Sequence record: LR597658 | Strand: one strand, 5' to 3' | DNA: 64,000 nt | Origin: Escherichia phage VpaE1_ev108 | In this document: positions 33,049 to 51,891 of the stretch, in pieces | Layout: every line of letters starts with the position of its first letter | Position numbering within the stretch: the stretch's first letter is position 1 | Made by a program: the position numbers and the translations under genes | Notes under the pieces: generated by a model | The model's input: the letters and a program-made list of their open reading frames with translations, nothing else | Databases searched by the model: none | Told to the model about the DNA's origin: nothing

Positions 33049-34515
33049 ATGGCAGAAATTACAGAAACACAAGAAAGCTTACCACCATTTAGAATGGGTG
33101 AAGTAGGTTCTTTGGGTCTGAAGGTTAAGAATGGAAGAATCTATGAAGAACCTCGTCAGGCACTAAGGTTCCCTGAAAGTATTAAAACTTTCCAATTAAT
33201 GATGCGTGACCCTGCTGTAGCAGCATCTGTGAATATTATTAAGATGTTTGTCAGAAAAGTCAACTGGAGATTCGTACCTCCAAAGGGAAAAGAGCAAGAC
33301 CCTAAAATGCTTGAAAGAGCAGACTTCTTTAATTCTTTAATGGATGACATGGAGCATGATTGGGCAGATTTTATTAACTCTGTAATGTCATTCTGCACTT
33401 ATGGGTTCTGTGTTAACGAAAAGGTTTATAAGAAACGTCAGGGTAAAAAAGGAAAGTACCAGTCAAAATTTGATGATGGTCTAATTGGGTGGGCTAAATT
33501 ACCAATCAGAAACCAGTCAACACTTGATAAGTGGTATTTTGACGAAGACTTTAGGAAAGTTACTGGTGTTAGACAGAATCTGAGAAATGTTTCACATATT
33601 GCTGGAGCAATTAATCTTGGAGAAAGACCTCTAACAAGAAAACTTCCACGAGCTAAATTCATGCTGTTTAAGTATGACGATGAATATGGAAATCCAGAAG
33701 GTCGTTCACCACTACTTAATGCTTATGTACCGTGGAAATATAAAGTACAGATTGAAGAGTATGAGGCTGTTGGCGTTTCAAGAGACTTAGTAGGTATGCC
33801 AAAGATTGGTTTACCACCAGACTATCTAGATGAAAATGCAGAACCTGAAAAGAAAGCTTTCGTACAATACTGCAAAACTGTTGTTAACGATATGATTGCT
33901 AATGATAGAGCAGGTTTAATCTGGCCTAGATATATCGACCCAGATACTAAAGAGGATATCTTTGAGTTCTCATTAGTTTCTAGACAGGGTGCTAAAGCAT
34001 ATGATACAGGTTCTATCATTGACAGATATTCCAAGCAAATCATGATGGCATTTATGTCGGATGTTCTTGCTATGGGTCAGTCAAAATATGGTTCATTCTC
34101 TCTTGCAGATTCTAAGACAAGCCTGTTAGCAATGTCAGTAGATATTCTGCTGAAGCAAATTAAGAACGTAATTAACCGTGATTTAGTTGCACAGACTTAT
34201 GCTCTTAATATGTGGGATGATGAAGAACATGTACAAATCACATATGATGATATCGAAACTCCAGACCTTGAAGCAATTGGTTCTTATATTCAGAAGACTG
34301 TTGCAGTAGGTGCTTTGGAAGTTGACAAAGAGCTATCTAACAAACTTAGAGAGCATATTGGTCTCCCTCCTGCTGATGAGTCTCAGCCAGTATCTGAAAA
34401 GCTTTCTCCAAATAGCCAAAGCCGCTCAGGAGATGGTTATAAGACCGCTGGAGAAGGTACTGCAAAGACACCTTCAGCGAAAGACCCAAGCACAGCAAAT
34501 AAGGCAAATAAATAA
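33049..34515 (+). CDS. portal protein
   Basis: ~490 aa ORF immediately after terminase, followed by protease/scaffold and capsid genes. Confidence 0.65.
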   Translation: MAEITETQESLPPFRMGEVGSLGLKVKNGRIYEEPRQALRFPESIKTFQLMMRDPAVAASVNIIKMFVRKVNWRFVPPKGKEQDPKMLERADFFNSLMDDMEHDWADFINSVMSFCTYGFCVNEKVYKKRQGKKGKYQSKFDDGLIGWAKLPIRNQSTLDKWYFDEDFRKVTGVRQNLRNVSHIAGAINLGERPLTRKLPRAKFMLFKYDDEYGNPEGRSPLLNAYVPWKYKVQIEEYEAVGVSRDLVGMPKIGLPPDYLDENAEPEKKAFVQYCKTVVNDMIANDRAGLIWPRYIDPDTKEDIFEFSLVSRQGAKAYDTGSIIDRYSKQIMMAFMSDVLAMGQSKYGSFSLADSKTSLLAMSVDILLKQIKNVINRDLVAQTYALNMWDDEEHVQITYDDIETPDLEAIGSYIQKTVAVGALEVDKELSNKLREHIGLPPADESQPVSEKLSPNSQSRSGDGYKTAGEGTAKTPSAKDPSTANKANK

Positions 34516-35015
34516 TGGCTGAAGTTATCTCTATTTCAAATGCTACACGAGTGCATTCGTATAGAGGTGTTCTTATTATCACTGACAAATTATCTGTAGA
34601 GGCTGGCTCAAGGGTCAGCCTTTCAGGTTATGTAAGTGATGGTGGAACCTCTGACGTTTTCACTATTTGCAGGTTACTTGATGCACCAATGAGTGGAAAA
34701 CCGTTTATTTTAGGAAATTGTAGTGAAATTGTTAAAATTCCATTTGACAGTTCATGCCTTTTGGGTGTAAAGTTATATAACTGCGAGAATAAACGTATCA
34801 ATGTTAATAGCATTGAAGCCGCTTTCATTACCCTCGACACTGCATTTCAATCTCCAATGACAGTTAATAAAGAAACAAACAGACTTGAGTACATTTTTTC
34901 ACAAAATGATTACAAAGTACTTGTCAAAGGTAAAGTATATGATATGATTGTAAATGTGGTAGATGAATCTGGTAACCATTCAACAGTCCTTAAACAAAAA
35001 GTAAGGTTTAATTAA
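34515..35015 (+). CDS. hypothetical head-module protein
   Basis: 166 aa ORF coupled to portal stop. Confidence 0.5.
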   Translation: MAEVISISNATRVHSYRGVLIITDKLSVEAGSRVSLSGYVSDGGTSDVFTICRLLDAPMSGKPFILGNCSEIVKIPFDSSCLLGVKLYNCENKRINVNSIEAAFITLDTAFQSPMTVNKETNRLEYIFSQNDYKVLVKGKVYDMIVNVVDESGNHSTVLKQKVRFN

Positions 35016-35347
35016 TGGGAACATTAACTATTGATGGTAAGAATAAAATCCTCGCCACGCTAACCCCAACGACTATTATTTTACACAATGTAGACCCAAC
35101 GGCAGACCCTACAGCAAATAAGGTTACTCAGCCAGTGGCTATTTATTTTTCTGAACCGGATAATGGCTTAATTGCCTCAGAAGATACAGTTAATATTACT
35201 GTTCCAGCTTCTGCAACGGTCTCACACTATAGCTTGTGGGATGCTAACGATAAATGCGTGGCAACTGGTGCTCTTAGCAAACCTCAATTCTTTGCTGAAG
35301 AAGGTATCTATGTTATCTCTTCAGTCTCTGTAGATTTAAACAAATAG
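35015..35347 (+). CDS. hypothetical head-module protein
   Basis: 110 aa ORF. Confidence 0.5.
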   Translation: MGTLTIDGKNKILATLTPTTIILHNVDPTADPTANKVTQPVAIYFSEPDNGLIASEDTVNITVPASATVSHYSLWDANDKCVATGALSKPQFFAEEGIYVISSVSVDLNK

Positions 35348-35358
35348 GGTGAGTAAAA

Positions 35359-36705
35359 ATGAGTTCGAATATCTTCAGACTTGCTGATAGATTATTCAAC
35401 CAACCTTTACTAGCCACTGAATCATTAGCTCACTCAGCAGCAACTTATGTGAATAACAGATTGCTGGGTGATGTCCAAGCAGCAGTAAACTTTGATAAAC
35501 CCAAAGGTGAAGCAAGAAGTCTTTTAAAAGTAAAAGATGACATTGCTATTATCCCTATTATGGGTGGTTTAACCCATCGTATGACATTCATTGATGCAAT
35601 GTGTACAGGTGGATTAAGCTCTTATGAAGGTTTGCGTAGAGGCTTTGACGAAGCTTTAGCAGATGAGTCAATCAAGACTATTGTTCTGCACATCGATTCT
35701 GGTGGTGGTGAAGCTTCAGGTTGCTTTGAATTAGCACGTCACATCATGGCTTCAAGAGGCCAAAAGAAAATTATTGCTTATGTAGATGAGTTCGCTTGTT
35801 CCGCTGCATATGCTCTTGCATCTTCTGCTGAAGAAATTATTGCATCACCAGATGCAGATGTTGGTTCTATTGGTGTAATCATGGTTCATCAGGAATTAAC
35901 TAAGGCATTTGAAAAGAATGGCGTAACAATTAACGTCATCAAAGCTGGTGAGTTTAAAGGTATGGGTTCACCATTCCAAGCACTTTCAGAAGAAAGCAAA
36001 GAAAGACTTCAAAAGAGAATTAATGATACCTACGCAACCTTTACAGGTTTTGTAGCTGAAGCTCGTAATCTCTCTGAAGAAGCTGTAAAGAATACTGAGG
36101 CGAATGTTTATTCTGCTCAGGAAGCTCTTGAACTTGGTTTAATTAACTCAATCATGTCTCAAGATGATTTCTTAAATTACTTACAAGGTTCTGAAGAGGC
36201 TCCTGTAAGTTTAAACGTTAACAATTCAGGTGAAGAAATGACTGAACAAGAAAAGCAAGAACTAGAAGCTTTGCGTCTTCAGGTTGCTCAAATGAAAGCT
36301 AAAGAACAGGAAGCTGCTTTGTCAGATTTGACTAATAAGATTTCTGCTTCTGCTGAAGCTTTTGGATTTGATGCAAAAGAAGCTGCAACGACTATTTTAG
36401 GTGCTGGTCTTGATAACCCTCTGAGTGTTCTGTTTATGAATGCTATGGAAGGTGCTAACCAGAAACTTAATGAAACTATCGCGTCCCATGCTTCTGCAAT
36501 GGAAGAAAAAGAATCAGAAATTACCAAGCTGAAAGAAACTGCTGGTGCTGTTCTTGAACATTCTAATGCTATGGAAGAAATGGGTAATGACGGCGAAGCT
36601 GATTTGGTTGAAGAAGAAAAAGAACCAGCTAAGAATGCTTCCGAAGACACCGCTGAACAACGCAAACTGGCTCTCCAGAATGCTCTAAAATCTCTTATCA
36701 AATAA
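35359..36705 (+). CDS. prohead protease (S49/ClpP-like) fused to scaffold-like coiled-coil domain
   Basis: IIPIMGGL ... LHIDSGGGE ... SAAYALASSAEEIIASP resembles S49 peptidase core; C-terminal 150 aa Glu/Ala/Lys-rich coiled coil. Confidence 0.65.
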   Translation: MSSNIFRLADRLFNQPLLATESLAHSAATYVNNRLLGDVQAAVNFDKPKGEARSLLKVKDDIAIIPIMGGLTHRMTFIDAMCTGGLSSYEGLRRGFDEALADESIKTIVLHIDSGGGEASGCFELARHIMASRGQKKIIAYVDEFACSAAYALASSAEEIIASPDADVGSIGVIMVHQELTKAFEKNGVTINVIKAGEFKGMGSPFQALSEESKERLQKRINDTYATFTGFVAEARNLSEEAVKNTEANVYSAQEALELGLINSIMSQDDFLNYLQGSEEAPVSLNVNNSGEEMTEQEKQELEALRLQVAQMKAKEQEAALSDLTNKISASAEAFGFDAKEAATTILGAGLDNPLSVLFMNAMEGANQKLNETIASHASAMEEKESEITKLKETAGAVLEHSNAMEEMGNDGEADLVEEEKEPAKNASEDTAEQRKLALQNALKSLIK

Positions 36706-36716
36706 GGAACACAATA

Positions 36717-37094
36717 ATGGCATATCAAGGTTTTACTAAGTTAGGTAACAGAGAACCTCTGAATGATATCATTCTTTGGGAACAGATTACCCCAACAGGC
36801 CACTCTCGTAAAGAGTACACTCCACAGGCATCTACAGAGTATCGTGTAGGTGAAGTTCTGAAAGCAGATGGTACTAAGGTACAAGCTGGAGAAGAAGCCC
36901 AAGCAGACTCTGTATGTATCGTTAATTTCTACGCAGACCTGCAACTGTCTTATCATGGTCAGTTGAAAGTAGTAGGTATCCACCGTGATGCAGAACTGAA
37001 AGACCTGCTAACTCTTGAATCAAGCGTTGATGCTACTGAAGTCAAGAAAGCTCTGGCTGCTAAAGGTATTGATTTCGTACCAACTGGCCTGTAA
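36717..37094 (+). CDS. hypothetical capsid-associated protein (decoration?)
   Basis: 125 aa ORF between protease and capsid genes, codon usage of highly expressed genes. Confidence 0.45.
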   Translation: MAYQGFTKLGNREPLNDIILWEQITPTGHSRKEYTPQASTEYRVGEVLKADGTKVQAGEEAQADSVCIVNFYADLQLSYHGQLKVVGIHRDAELKDLLTLESSVDATEVKKALAAKGIDFVPTGL

Positions 37095-37127
37095 TAACAA
37101 TAATAAGACATTCTGGAGAATTTTACA

Positions 37128-38234
37128 ATGTTGACTAATTCTGAAAAAAGCAGATTTTTCCTTGCTGACCTGACTGGTGAAGTCCAGTCTATCCCAAATA
37201 CTTATGGGTATATTTCCAACTTAGGTCTGTTCCGTTCAGCACCAATCACCCAAACTACTTTCCTTATGGACTTGACTGATTGGGATGTTAGCTTGCTTGA
37301 TGCGGTAGACCGTGATAGCCGTAAAGCAGAGACTAGCGCACCTGAGCGTGTTCGTCAAATCAGCTTCCCAATGATGTACTTCAAAGAAGTTGAAAGCATC
37401 ACTCCTGATGAAATTCAGGGTGTACGTCAGCCAGGCACTGCAAACGAACTGACTACTGAAGCTGTAGTACGTGCTAAGAAGCTGATGAAGATTCGTACCA
37501 AGTTCGATATTACTCGTGAGTTCCTGTTTATGCAAGCTCTGAAGGGTAAAGTTGTTGATGCTCGTGGTACTCTGTACGCTGACCTGTACAAGCAGTTCGA
37601 CGTTGAGAAGAAGACTATTTACTTTGACCTTGACAATCCTAATGCTGATATCGACGCTTCTATTGAAGAACTGCGTATGCACATGGAAGATGAAGCTAAG
37701 ACTGGCACTGTAATCAACGGTGAAGAGATTCACGTAGTTGTTGACCGTGTATTCTTCAGCAAACTGGTTAAGCATCCTAAGATTCGTGATGCTTATCTTG
37801 CACAGCAGACTCCACTGGCTTGGCAACAGATTACTGGTTCTCTGAGAACTGGTGGTGCTGACGGCGTTCAGGCTCATATGAATACTTTCTACTACGGTGG
37901 TGTTAAGTTTGTCCAGTACAACGGTAAGTTCAAAGACAAGCGTGGTAAGGTTCACACTCTGGTTAGCATTGACAGCGTAGCAGACACTGTTGGTGTTGGT
38001 CATGCTTTCCCTAACGTAGCTATGCTGGGTGAAGCTAACAACATCTTCGAAGTTGCATATGGTCCATGTCCTAAGATGGGTTACGCAAATACACTTGGTC
38101 AGGAACTGTACGTATTCGAATACGAAAAAGACCGTGACGAAGGTATTGACTTCGAAGCTCACTCTTACATGCTGCCATACTGTACTCGTCCTCAGTTGCT
38201 GGTAGATGTTCGCGCTGACGCTAAAGGCGAATGA
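37128..38234 (+). CDS. major capsid protein (putative)
   Basis: 368 aa ORF at canonical position after protease/scaffold; high-expression codon bias. Confidence 0.6.
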   Translation: MLTNSEKSRFFLADLTGEVQSIPNTYGYISNLGLFRSAPITQTTFLMDLTDWDVSLLDAVDRDSRKAETSAPERVRQISFPMMYFKEVESITPDEIQGVRQPGTANELTTEAVVRAKKLMKIRTKFDITREFLFMQALKGKVVDARGTLYADLYKQFDVEKKTIYFDLDNPNADIDASIEELRMHMEDEAKTGTVINGEEIHVVVDRVFFSKLVKHPKIRDAYLAQQTPLAWQQITGSLRTGGADGVQAHMNTFYYGGVKFVQYNGKFKDKRGKVHTLVSIDSVADTVGVGHAFPNVAMLGEANNIFEVAYGPCPKMGYANTLGQELYVFEYEKDRDEGIDFEAHSYMLPYCTRPQLLVDVRADAKGE

Positions 38235-38255
38235 TATTCTTAAGGAGGGTTATGA

Positions 38256-38705
38256 ATGTGTTATACAGGCGACCCAGCCAATAACCCTCTTGATAGAGTA
38301 AGAATCCTCTGCACAGACACCAATAATGATGAAATTCTTATTGAACAGTCTGTGCTAGAGTGGTTCTATCTAGAATCTGGAAAGGATGAAAAGAAAGCAG
38401 CCATCAAAGCTCTTAAATATTTACTCTTTCAAGTAGCCAAGATGGGAGATGAGAAGGTTGGTGGTGTTTATTTACGTAACTCTTCCAGATTCAAATCTCT
38501 GAAAGCTGTTTATGACGACCTTGTTAAAAGCTCTGTTTCAGGACTACCCTATGCAGGTGGTATTAATCAGTGTGATATTGACATGCGTCGTCAGAATCCT
38601 TGCTCTGTCAAGAAATACACAGAATATGGTGATGCTGCCAGATACGAAGGCAGAGATTACTGCAACCGTGTTAATGGCGTATTTATTATCGAGCGAGATG
38701 AATAA
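38256..38705 (+). CDS. hypothetical head-tail joining protein
   Basis: 149 aa ORF, AAGGAGGG SD. Confidence 0.45.
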   Translation: MCYTGDPANNPLDRVRILCTDTNNDEILIEQSVLEWFYLESGKDEKKAAIKALKYLLFQVAKMGDEKVGGVYLRNSSRFKSLKAVYDDLVKSSVSGLPYAGGINQCDIDMRRQNPCSVKKYTEYGDAARYEGRDYCNRVNGVFIIERDE

Positions 38706-39187
38706 TGGTTAAAAGGGTTATTCACCCCGCTAGAGCAAAATTAGTCGGGGCTATGAAGAACTTGCAAACGGCTAATGCTCAAGTTGGGTATTTTCAAGAA
38801 CAAGGTCAACATAGCTCTGGTTTTTCTTATCCTGCTTTAATGTATTTGCAAGAAGTTATTGGGGTTCCTTCAGCTTCTGGTAAAGTATATCGTAGGTTGT
38901 TTGAAATCACTATGATGCTAAACAAACAGACCTTGTTAGAGCAGACTAAGAAGAATCTATATAAGCAACTTAGCAGTCTCAACACAGACCCTTCAAATAC
39001 CTTAGAAGCATTTGCAAAGAATGCTCAAAAGGCAATTAAAAGGGGTTTTGGTAATTCTGCTATCCTCCCTCCTAACGCACCTTCCACAGTCAAGAAAAAA
39101 GGCTTTAACGCACCTCTTGTTGAGACAGGTGACTTAAGGGATAACCTTGCTTATAAAATTTCTACTAAGAAGGGTATTAAAAAATGA
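38705..39187 (+). CDS. hypothetical head-tail joining protein
   Basis: 160 aa ORF. Confidence 0.45.
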   Translation: MVKRVIHPARAKLVGAMKNLQTANAQVGYFQEQGQHSSGFSYPALMYLQEVIGVPSASGKVYRRLFEITMMLNKQTLLEQTKKNLYKQLSSLNTDPSNTLEAFAKNAQKAIKRGFGNSAILPPNAPSTVKKKGFNAPLVETGDLRDNLAYKISTKKGIKK

Positions 39188-39585
39188 GACTCTTAAACAG
39201 ACACAGCTTTGTAGTAAAGCGTAAAGTCTCTGAAGACGGTTATTATAATGATGATGGTGATTGGGTAGCTTCACAAGATATTGTAGAGGTTAACTGTAAA
39301 GGTAATATCCAGCCATATATCAAAGGTTCTGTAAAGAATGGTACACAGATTGCTTTACCGGAAGGTATTAGACTAACCGATACAAGAATCCTGTATACTA
39401 CATATAAACTTAGAACTTCAGATGATGTAGAGTGGAATGAGTCTGATATTGTTATGATTGATGGTCATGAGTATGAAGTATTTATGACTATGGATTGGTC
39501 ACAGCAATTAGCCCATACATCCCATTATGAATATATCATTATTAGAAGGGATAAAATGAATGCAGTTAGAAACAGCAGAACTTGA
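39184..39585 (+). CDS. hypothetical head-tail joining protein
   Basis: 133 aa ORF. Confidence 0.45.
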   Translation: MRLLNRHSFVVKRKVSEDGYYNDDGDWVASQDIVEVNCKGNIQPYIKGSVKNGTQIALPEGIRLTDTRILYTTYKLRTSDDVEWNESDIVMIDGHEYEVFMTMDWSQQLAHTSHYEYIIIRRDKMNAVRNSRT

Positions 39586-40159
39586 AAAAGGTCTAGTTAG
39601 AACCTTAGTGGATGTTATTGGTCACAGATTAGCTCGTGATAAAAATAATAGACCAAACGTAATTAGAGCTTACCCTTCTGATAACTCAAATGACAAAGGT
39701 TTAAAACCTGACCAGCCATTTATTACCGTATATTGTCAAGATGCTGCAACACCTTATGGTTGGGTTCTTGATAAGTTTGTTGAAGATGATGTAGTTTGTT
39801 ACAGAATCGCTTTTCAGATTCCTGTATTGATTACGGTAAATGGTAAAGGTGCTCACAGTATTATGCTTGAGCTTAAACAAAGATTAGAGATGAGTTCAGT
39901 CAGAGATTTAATCCTTGAAGAAACAGGAGCTACAGTATTAGACACTGGAGCAATCCCTAACGATTACACTTATCTCAATACAGATTTCGAAAATTCTGCG
40001 CCTCTTGTTGTAACTCTTGTAAAAAACTCAGTCCTGAAAGATGAACGTGGAAGTATTATTGAGCGTGTCATTGTTGATGGTGAGTTGGTTTATGAAGAAG
40101 GGCAAGAGCCACCAGAATATACTATCCATCTAGATGTAGACTCCAAAGGGGTAAAATAA
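39560..40159 (+). CDS. hypothetical tail completion protein
   Basis: 199 aa ORF. Confidence 0.45.
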   Translation: MQLETAELEKGLVRTLVDVIGHRLARDKNNRPNVIRAYPSDNSNDKGLKPDQPFITVYCQDAATPYGWVLDKFVEDDVVCYRIAFQIPVLITVNGKGAHSIMLELKQRLEMSSVRDLILEETGATVLDTGAIPNDYTYLNTDFENSAPLVVTLVKNSVLKDERGSIIERVIVDGELVYEEGQEPPEYTIHLDVDSKGVK

Positions 40160-41512
40160 ATGTGGAATCCAATTGTTAATGTAGATATTACATTGAACAC
40201 CGCAGGAACTACAAGAGAAGGTTTTGGTTTGCCACTATTCTTAGCTTCAACAGATAACTTTGAAGAAAGAGTGCGTGGTTACACTTCCTTAACTGAAGTT
40301 GCTGAAGATTTCGATGAGAATACTGCTGCATATAAGGCTGCTAAACAACTTTGGAGTCAGACTCCTAAAGTAACTCAGCTTTATATTGGTAGACGCGCTA
40401 TGCAGTACACTGTATCAATTCCTGATGAGGTTACTGAGAGCACGGACTACTCAATTACTGTAGCTGTCGGTGGGGGAATGTCACAACCATTCCAGTACAC
40501 CTCACAAGGTGAAGATACTGCCGAGAATGTATTACAACAGTTTAAAACACAGATTGAAGCTGACCAATCAATTAAAGATAAAGTTTCAGTCAATGTTACT
40601 GGTAGCAACGGTTCTGCCACAATGGTCATCTCCAAAGCTGGTGACAATGATTTCGTGAAGGTAACCACTACAGCACAAACTGTGTCTATTGCAAGCACAA
40701 CTGCTGATACAGCGTCAACTGCTCTGGCAGCTATTGAAGCTTATTCTACCGACTGGTATTTCATTGCAGCAGAAGACAGAACTCAACAGTTTGTCTTAGC
40801 AATGGCTTCTGAGATTCAGGCTCGTAAGAAAATCTTCTTCACAGCTAACTCTGATGTAGCAGCACTACAAGGTACAGAATTAAACAGTGCAAATGATGTT
40901 CCAGCACAGCTTGCTAAGAGTATGTATACTCGCACAGTTTGCTTGTGGCATCACACAGCGGCAGAAGATTATCCAGAGATGGCATATATTGCTTATGGTG
41001 CTCCATACGATGCAGGGTCAATTGCTTGGGGTAATGCTCAGTTGACTGGTGTAGCTGCTTCTTTACAGCCAGCTAATAAGAGACCTCTGACAAGCATTCA
41101 GAAGTCAGCTTTAGATGCACGTCACTGTAACTTTATCGACCTTGATGGTGGTGTTCCAGTGGTTCGTAGAGGGATTACTTCTGGTGGGGAATGGATTGAT
41201 ATCGTCCGTGGTGTTGACTGGTTAGAATCAGACCTGAAAACTTCTCTGAGAGACTTGCTAATTAACCAGAAGGGTGGTAAGATTACTTATGATGATACTG
41301 GTATTACCCGTATTCGTCAAGTCATTGAAACCTCTCTACAAAGAGCAGTCAACAGAAACTTCCTGTCATCTTACACAGTTAATGTTCCTAAAGCCTCTCA
41401 AGTTGCTTTGGCAGACAAGAAAGCTCGTATCCTGAAAGATGTTACCTTCGCAGGTATCTTAGCAGGGGCTATCTTGGATGTTGACTTGAAAGGTACAGTG
41501 GCTTACGAATAA
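40160..41512 (+). CDS. tail sheath protein (putative)
   Basis: 450 aa ORF immediately upstream of a 148 aa tube-sized gene and chaperone/tape-measure genes. Confidence 0.5.
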   Translation: MWNPIVNVDITLNTAGTTREGFGLPLFLASTDNFEERVRGYTSLTEVAEDFDENTAAYKAAKQLWSQTPKVTQLYIGRRAMQYTVSIPDEVTESTDYSITVAVGGGMSQPFQYTSQGEDTAENVLQQFKTQIEADQSIKDKVSVNVTGSNGSATMVISKAGDNDFVKVTTTAQTVSIASTTADTASTALAAIEAYSTDWYFIAAEDRTQQFVLAMASEIQARKKIFFTANSDVAALQGTELNSANDVPAQLAKSMYTRTVCLWHHTAAEDYPEMAYIAYGAPYDAGSIAWGNAQLTGVAASLQPANKRPLTSIQKSALDARHCNFIDLDGGVPVVRRGITSGGEWIDIVRGVDWLESDLKTSLRDLLINQKGGKITYDDTGITRIRQVIETSLQRAVNRNFLSSYTVNVPKASQVALADKKARILKDVTFAGILAGAILDVDLKGTVAYE

Positions 41513-41527
41513 TAGAGGTAAATTGGA

Positions 41528-41974
41528 ATGGCTATGTATCAGCAATATTCCCCTAAAGACGTTGTATGTAGCTGGAATGGTATTGCCATTGAAGGCTTTG
41601 CCCCAGACTCATTTTTACGTCTACAGAGAACATCACCACTTATCACACCAGTTGTAGGTGCAGGTGGTCAGGTTGCTCTGACAAGAAATGCAGACAAGAC
41701 AGGTACTATTGAGATTGAGCTAATGCAGACTTCTCTCTCTAACCAGATGCTTTCTGCAATTCAAGCTAAACAAGACAACATGGAACTTGAAGAAGATATC
41801 TCTTCTAACTTCGTAATCTACGACCCATCAGGCTCTGTTCTGGCAACTGGTATTAATGCTTGGTTGCAGGAATTACCACAGATTGAACTTGGGCGTGACC
41901 AGAACTCTAAAACTTGGATTTTTGGTTGTGAGAAGCTAGACTACACTTCTACAATTCCAGCGTCAAGTGTTTAA
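41528..41974 (+). CDS. tail tube protein (putative)
   Basis: 148 aa ORF followed by strong terminator. Confidence 0.5.
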   Translation: MAMYQQYSPKDVVCSWNGIAIEGFAPDSFLRLQRTSPLITPVVGAGGQVALTRNADKTGTIEIELMQTSLSNQMLSAIQAKQDNMELEEDISSNFVIYDPSGSVLATGINAWLQELPQIELGRDQNSKTWIFGCEKLDYTSTIPASSV

Positions 41975-41986
41975 TAAATCCTATAA

Positions 41987-42019
41987 GGGGGAGACTTTAA
42001 AAGGTCTTCCCCTTTTTTG
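41987..42019 (+). terminator. intrinsic terminator
   Basis: GGGGGAGAC-tttaaaag-GTCTTCCCC followed by TTTTTT. Confidence 0.7.
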
Positions 42020-42047
42020 TTTCTTTTAAAAGTATTAAGGAATCACA

Positions 42048-42446
42048 ATGAAAACAGAATCTAAAGTAATTAATGGTAAGAAAGTAAATATCGTTCTGCT
42101 TGGGGCAAGAGATGGTATTAAGATGTCTATGAAGTTGGGTAAAATTGTTGTTCCAACCTTTGCACAGATGCTATCAAGTCTGACTGATAAAGATAAGAAA
42201 GAGGCTCCAATGGTTCCATTTAAAGAACTTGTTGAAGCTTGTTTTGACAGAATTGAAGAAATTAACCTTGAAGAAATGGCTACCCTGTTATTTCAAGGGG
42301 CAACTGTTGATGACTTCCCACTCAATATTGATACATACTTCCAAGCAAACTACGGTGAGTTTATTGATTACTTAGCATTTGCGCTGGAGGCAAACTTCGG
42401 AAGTTTTTTCGAAGCAAGCATTTTCAAAAGCCTAACTTCTCAGTAA
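42048..42446 (+). CDS. tail assembly chaperone (putative)
   Basis: 132 aa ORF between tube and tape measure. Confidence 0.45.
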   Translation: MKTESKVINGKKVNIVLLGARDGIKMSMKLGKIVVPTFAQMLSSLTDKDKKEAPMVPFKELVEACFDRIEEINLEEMATLLFQGATVDDFPLNIDTYFQANYGEFIDYLAFALEANFGSFFEASIFKSLTSQ

Positions 42447-42448
42447 AC

Positions 42449-42687
42449 ATGGGTAATACTCTACAGACACCACTAACTGATGCTGCTGTAGAGGCAACCT
42501 ATGAAGAAGCAGACGAGATGAAATTTGTGCTTGCTATTTATGGTATGGAAGGGTGTAAAGAAACACTTGACCAACTCTTTGCTATGACATTCTCTGATTT
42601 ATTATCATTGAGACAATTTCTTGAAATTCAGAGGTCGTATAAAGAGGAAATTGCTTACAACGAACTTAGAAGAGCAGGAAAAATGTA

Positions 42688-42688
<1 letters not shown>
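42449..42688 (+). CDS. tail assembly chaperone, second ORF (putative)
   Basis: 79 aa ORF starting 2 nt after upstream stop. Confidence 0.4.
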
Positions 42689-50707
<8,019 letters not shown>

Positions 50708-50709
50708 TA

Positions 50710-51882
50710 ATGGCAGTAGGTGAAATTCAAATTAGTGCCTTGCCTCAAGCATCCTTACCAATTGACCTTAGTGATATCTTCCATCTTAAGCAGGGTATTG
50801 AGGATAAGAGGTGTACTCTTGAGCAATTACTTGCTCCACACGCAAGCCTAAGAAATAACCCTCATGGTGTTACTAAAACACAAATTGGTTTAGATAATGT
50901 TATTAATGCTCTTCAGTTAGTCGCTGCAAATAACTTATCAGATATTGTTAATGTAGCTGAGGCAAGAGCAAATCTACAGATTATGTCTTCAGAAGAGGTT
51001 AATAACCTTGTCCAGCAACATATCAAGGACAAGAGTAACCCACACAATACAACTAAGGCACAGGTTGGTTTAAGTAATGTTCAGAACTGGACAACATCTA
51101 ATCTGTATAACGAAGATGCAGATAAGTATGCTACAGCAAGAGCAGTAAATAACTTGTACAAGGCTGTTCAGGCTTCTTATCCAGTAGGTACTATCCATCT
51201 TTCTATGAACTCTGCAAACCCTTCCACATACTTAATTTGTGGAGGTACTTGGGAGTTAGTTTCAAAAGGCAGGGCATTGGTTGGCTATGACTCTGATACA
51301 AGACCAGCAGGTTCTGTATTTGGCGCTTCAACTGTCACTTTGTCAGTTAATAACATGCCTCAGCACTCCCACTCTGTGTCTCTTAGCGGTGGTGGTCACA
51401 CTCATAATGCAACTGTGTCAATTTCAGCTTTTGATTATGGGACTAAGACTACAAACTCTTTTGACTATGGGACAAAAGCTACTAACACAACTGGTAACCA
51501 TACACACAGTGTGTCAGGTAACACTAGCACCAATGGTACTCACAACCATGATGTGTATCCTAGAGAAAATGATGGCACTGGTAATGCTGTGGCTGACTCT
51601 AATGGTGGTGGTGCAAGAAGGACATCAAGGACTTCTAGTGATGGTGCGCACTCACACAGCTTTAACGTCACATCTGGTGCATCAGGTGACCACAGCCACA
51701 CGGTTGGTATTGGTGCTCACAGTCATACAGTTGGTATTGGTTCACATACGCATAGTGGCACTGTAACAGTTTCTTCTTCTGAACATACACATAGTGGCAA
51801 TACAAATAGTGTTGGTGGAGGTCAGGCAGTTAATATTGAACAGCCATCCTTCGTACTGTATGTATGGCAGAGAACAGCTTAA
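50710..51882 (+). CDS. tail fibre protein with C-terminal His-x-His repeat array
   Basis: C-terminal third has at least 8 HxH units (GGGHTHNATVS, GNHTHSVSG, GAHSHSFNV, GDHSHTVGIGAHSHTVGIGSHTHSG, EHTHSG). Confidence 0.65.
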   Translation: MAVGEIQISALPQASLPIDLSDIFHLKQGIEDKRCTLEQLLAPHASLRNNPHGVTKTQIGLDNVINALQLVAANNLSDIVNVAEARANLQIMSSEEVNNLVQQHIKDKSNPHNTTKAQVGLSNVQNWTTSNLYNEDADKYATARAVNNLYKAVQASYPVGTIHLSMNSANPSTYLICGGTWELVSKGRALVGYDSDTRPAGSVFGASTVTLSVNNMPQHSHSVSLSGGGHTHNATVSISAFDYGTKTTNSFDYGTKATNTTGNHTHSVSGNTSTNGTHNHDVYPRENDGTGNAVADSNGGGARRTSRTSSDGAHSHSFNVTSGASGDHSHTVGIGAHSHTVGIGSHTHSGTVTVSSSEHTHSGNTNSVGGGQAVNIEQPSFVLYVWQRTA

Positions 51883-51891
51883 TTTCTTTAC

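Noticed and set aside
36288-36728. 146 aa minus-strand ORF
   Set aside because: Antisense to the protease/scaffold gene; Ala/Ser-rich artefact of the Glu/Ala/Lys-rich coding strand.
37236-38162. 308 aa minus-strand ORF
   Set aside because: Antisense to the major capsid gene in the middle of a co-directional structural operon; low-complexity translation; no SD.
51281-51766. 161 aa plus-strand ORF in an alternate frame of the tail fibre gene
   Set aside because: Leu/Val/Thr-rich product generated by the HxH repeat DNA read out of frame; no independent start signal.
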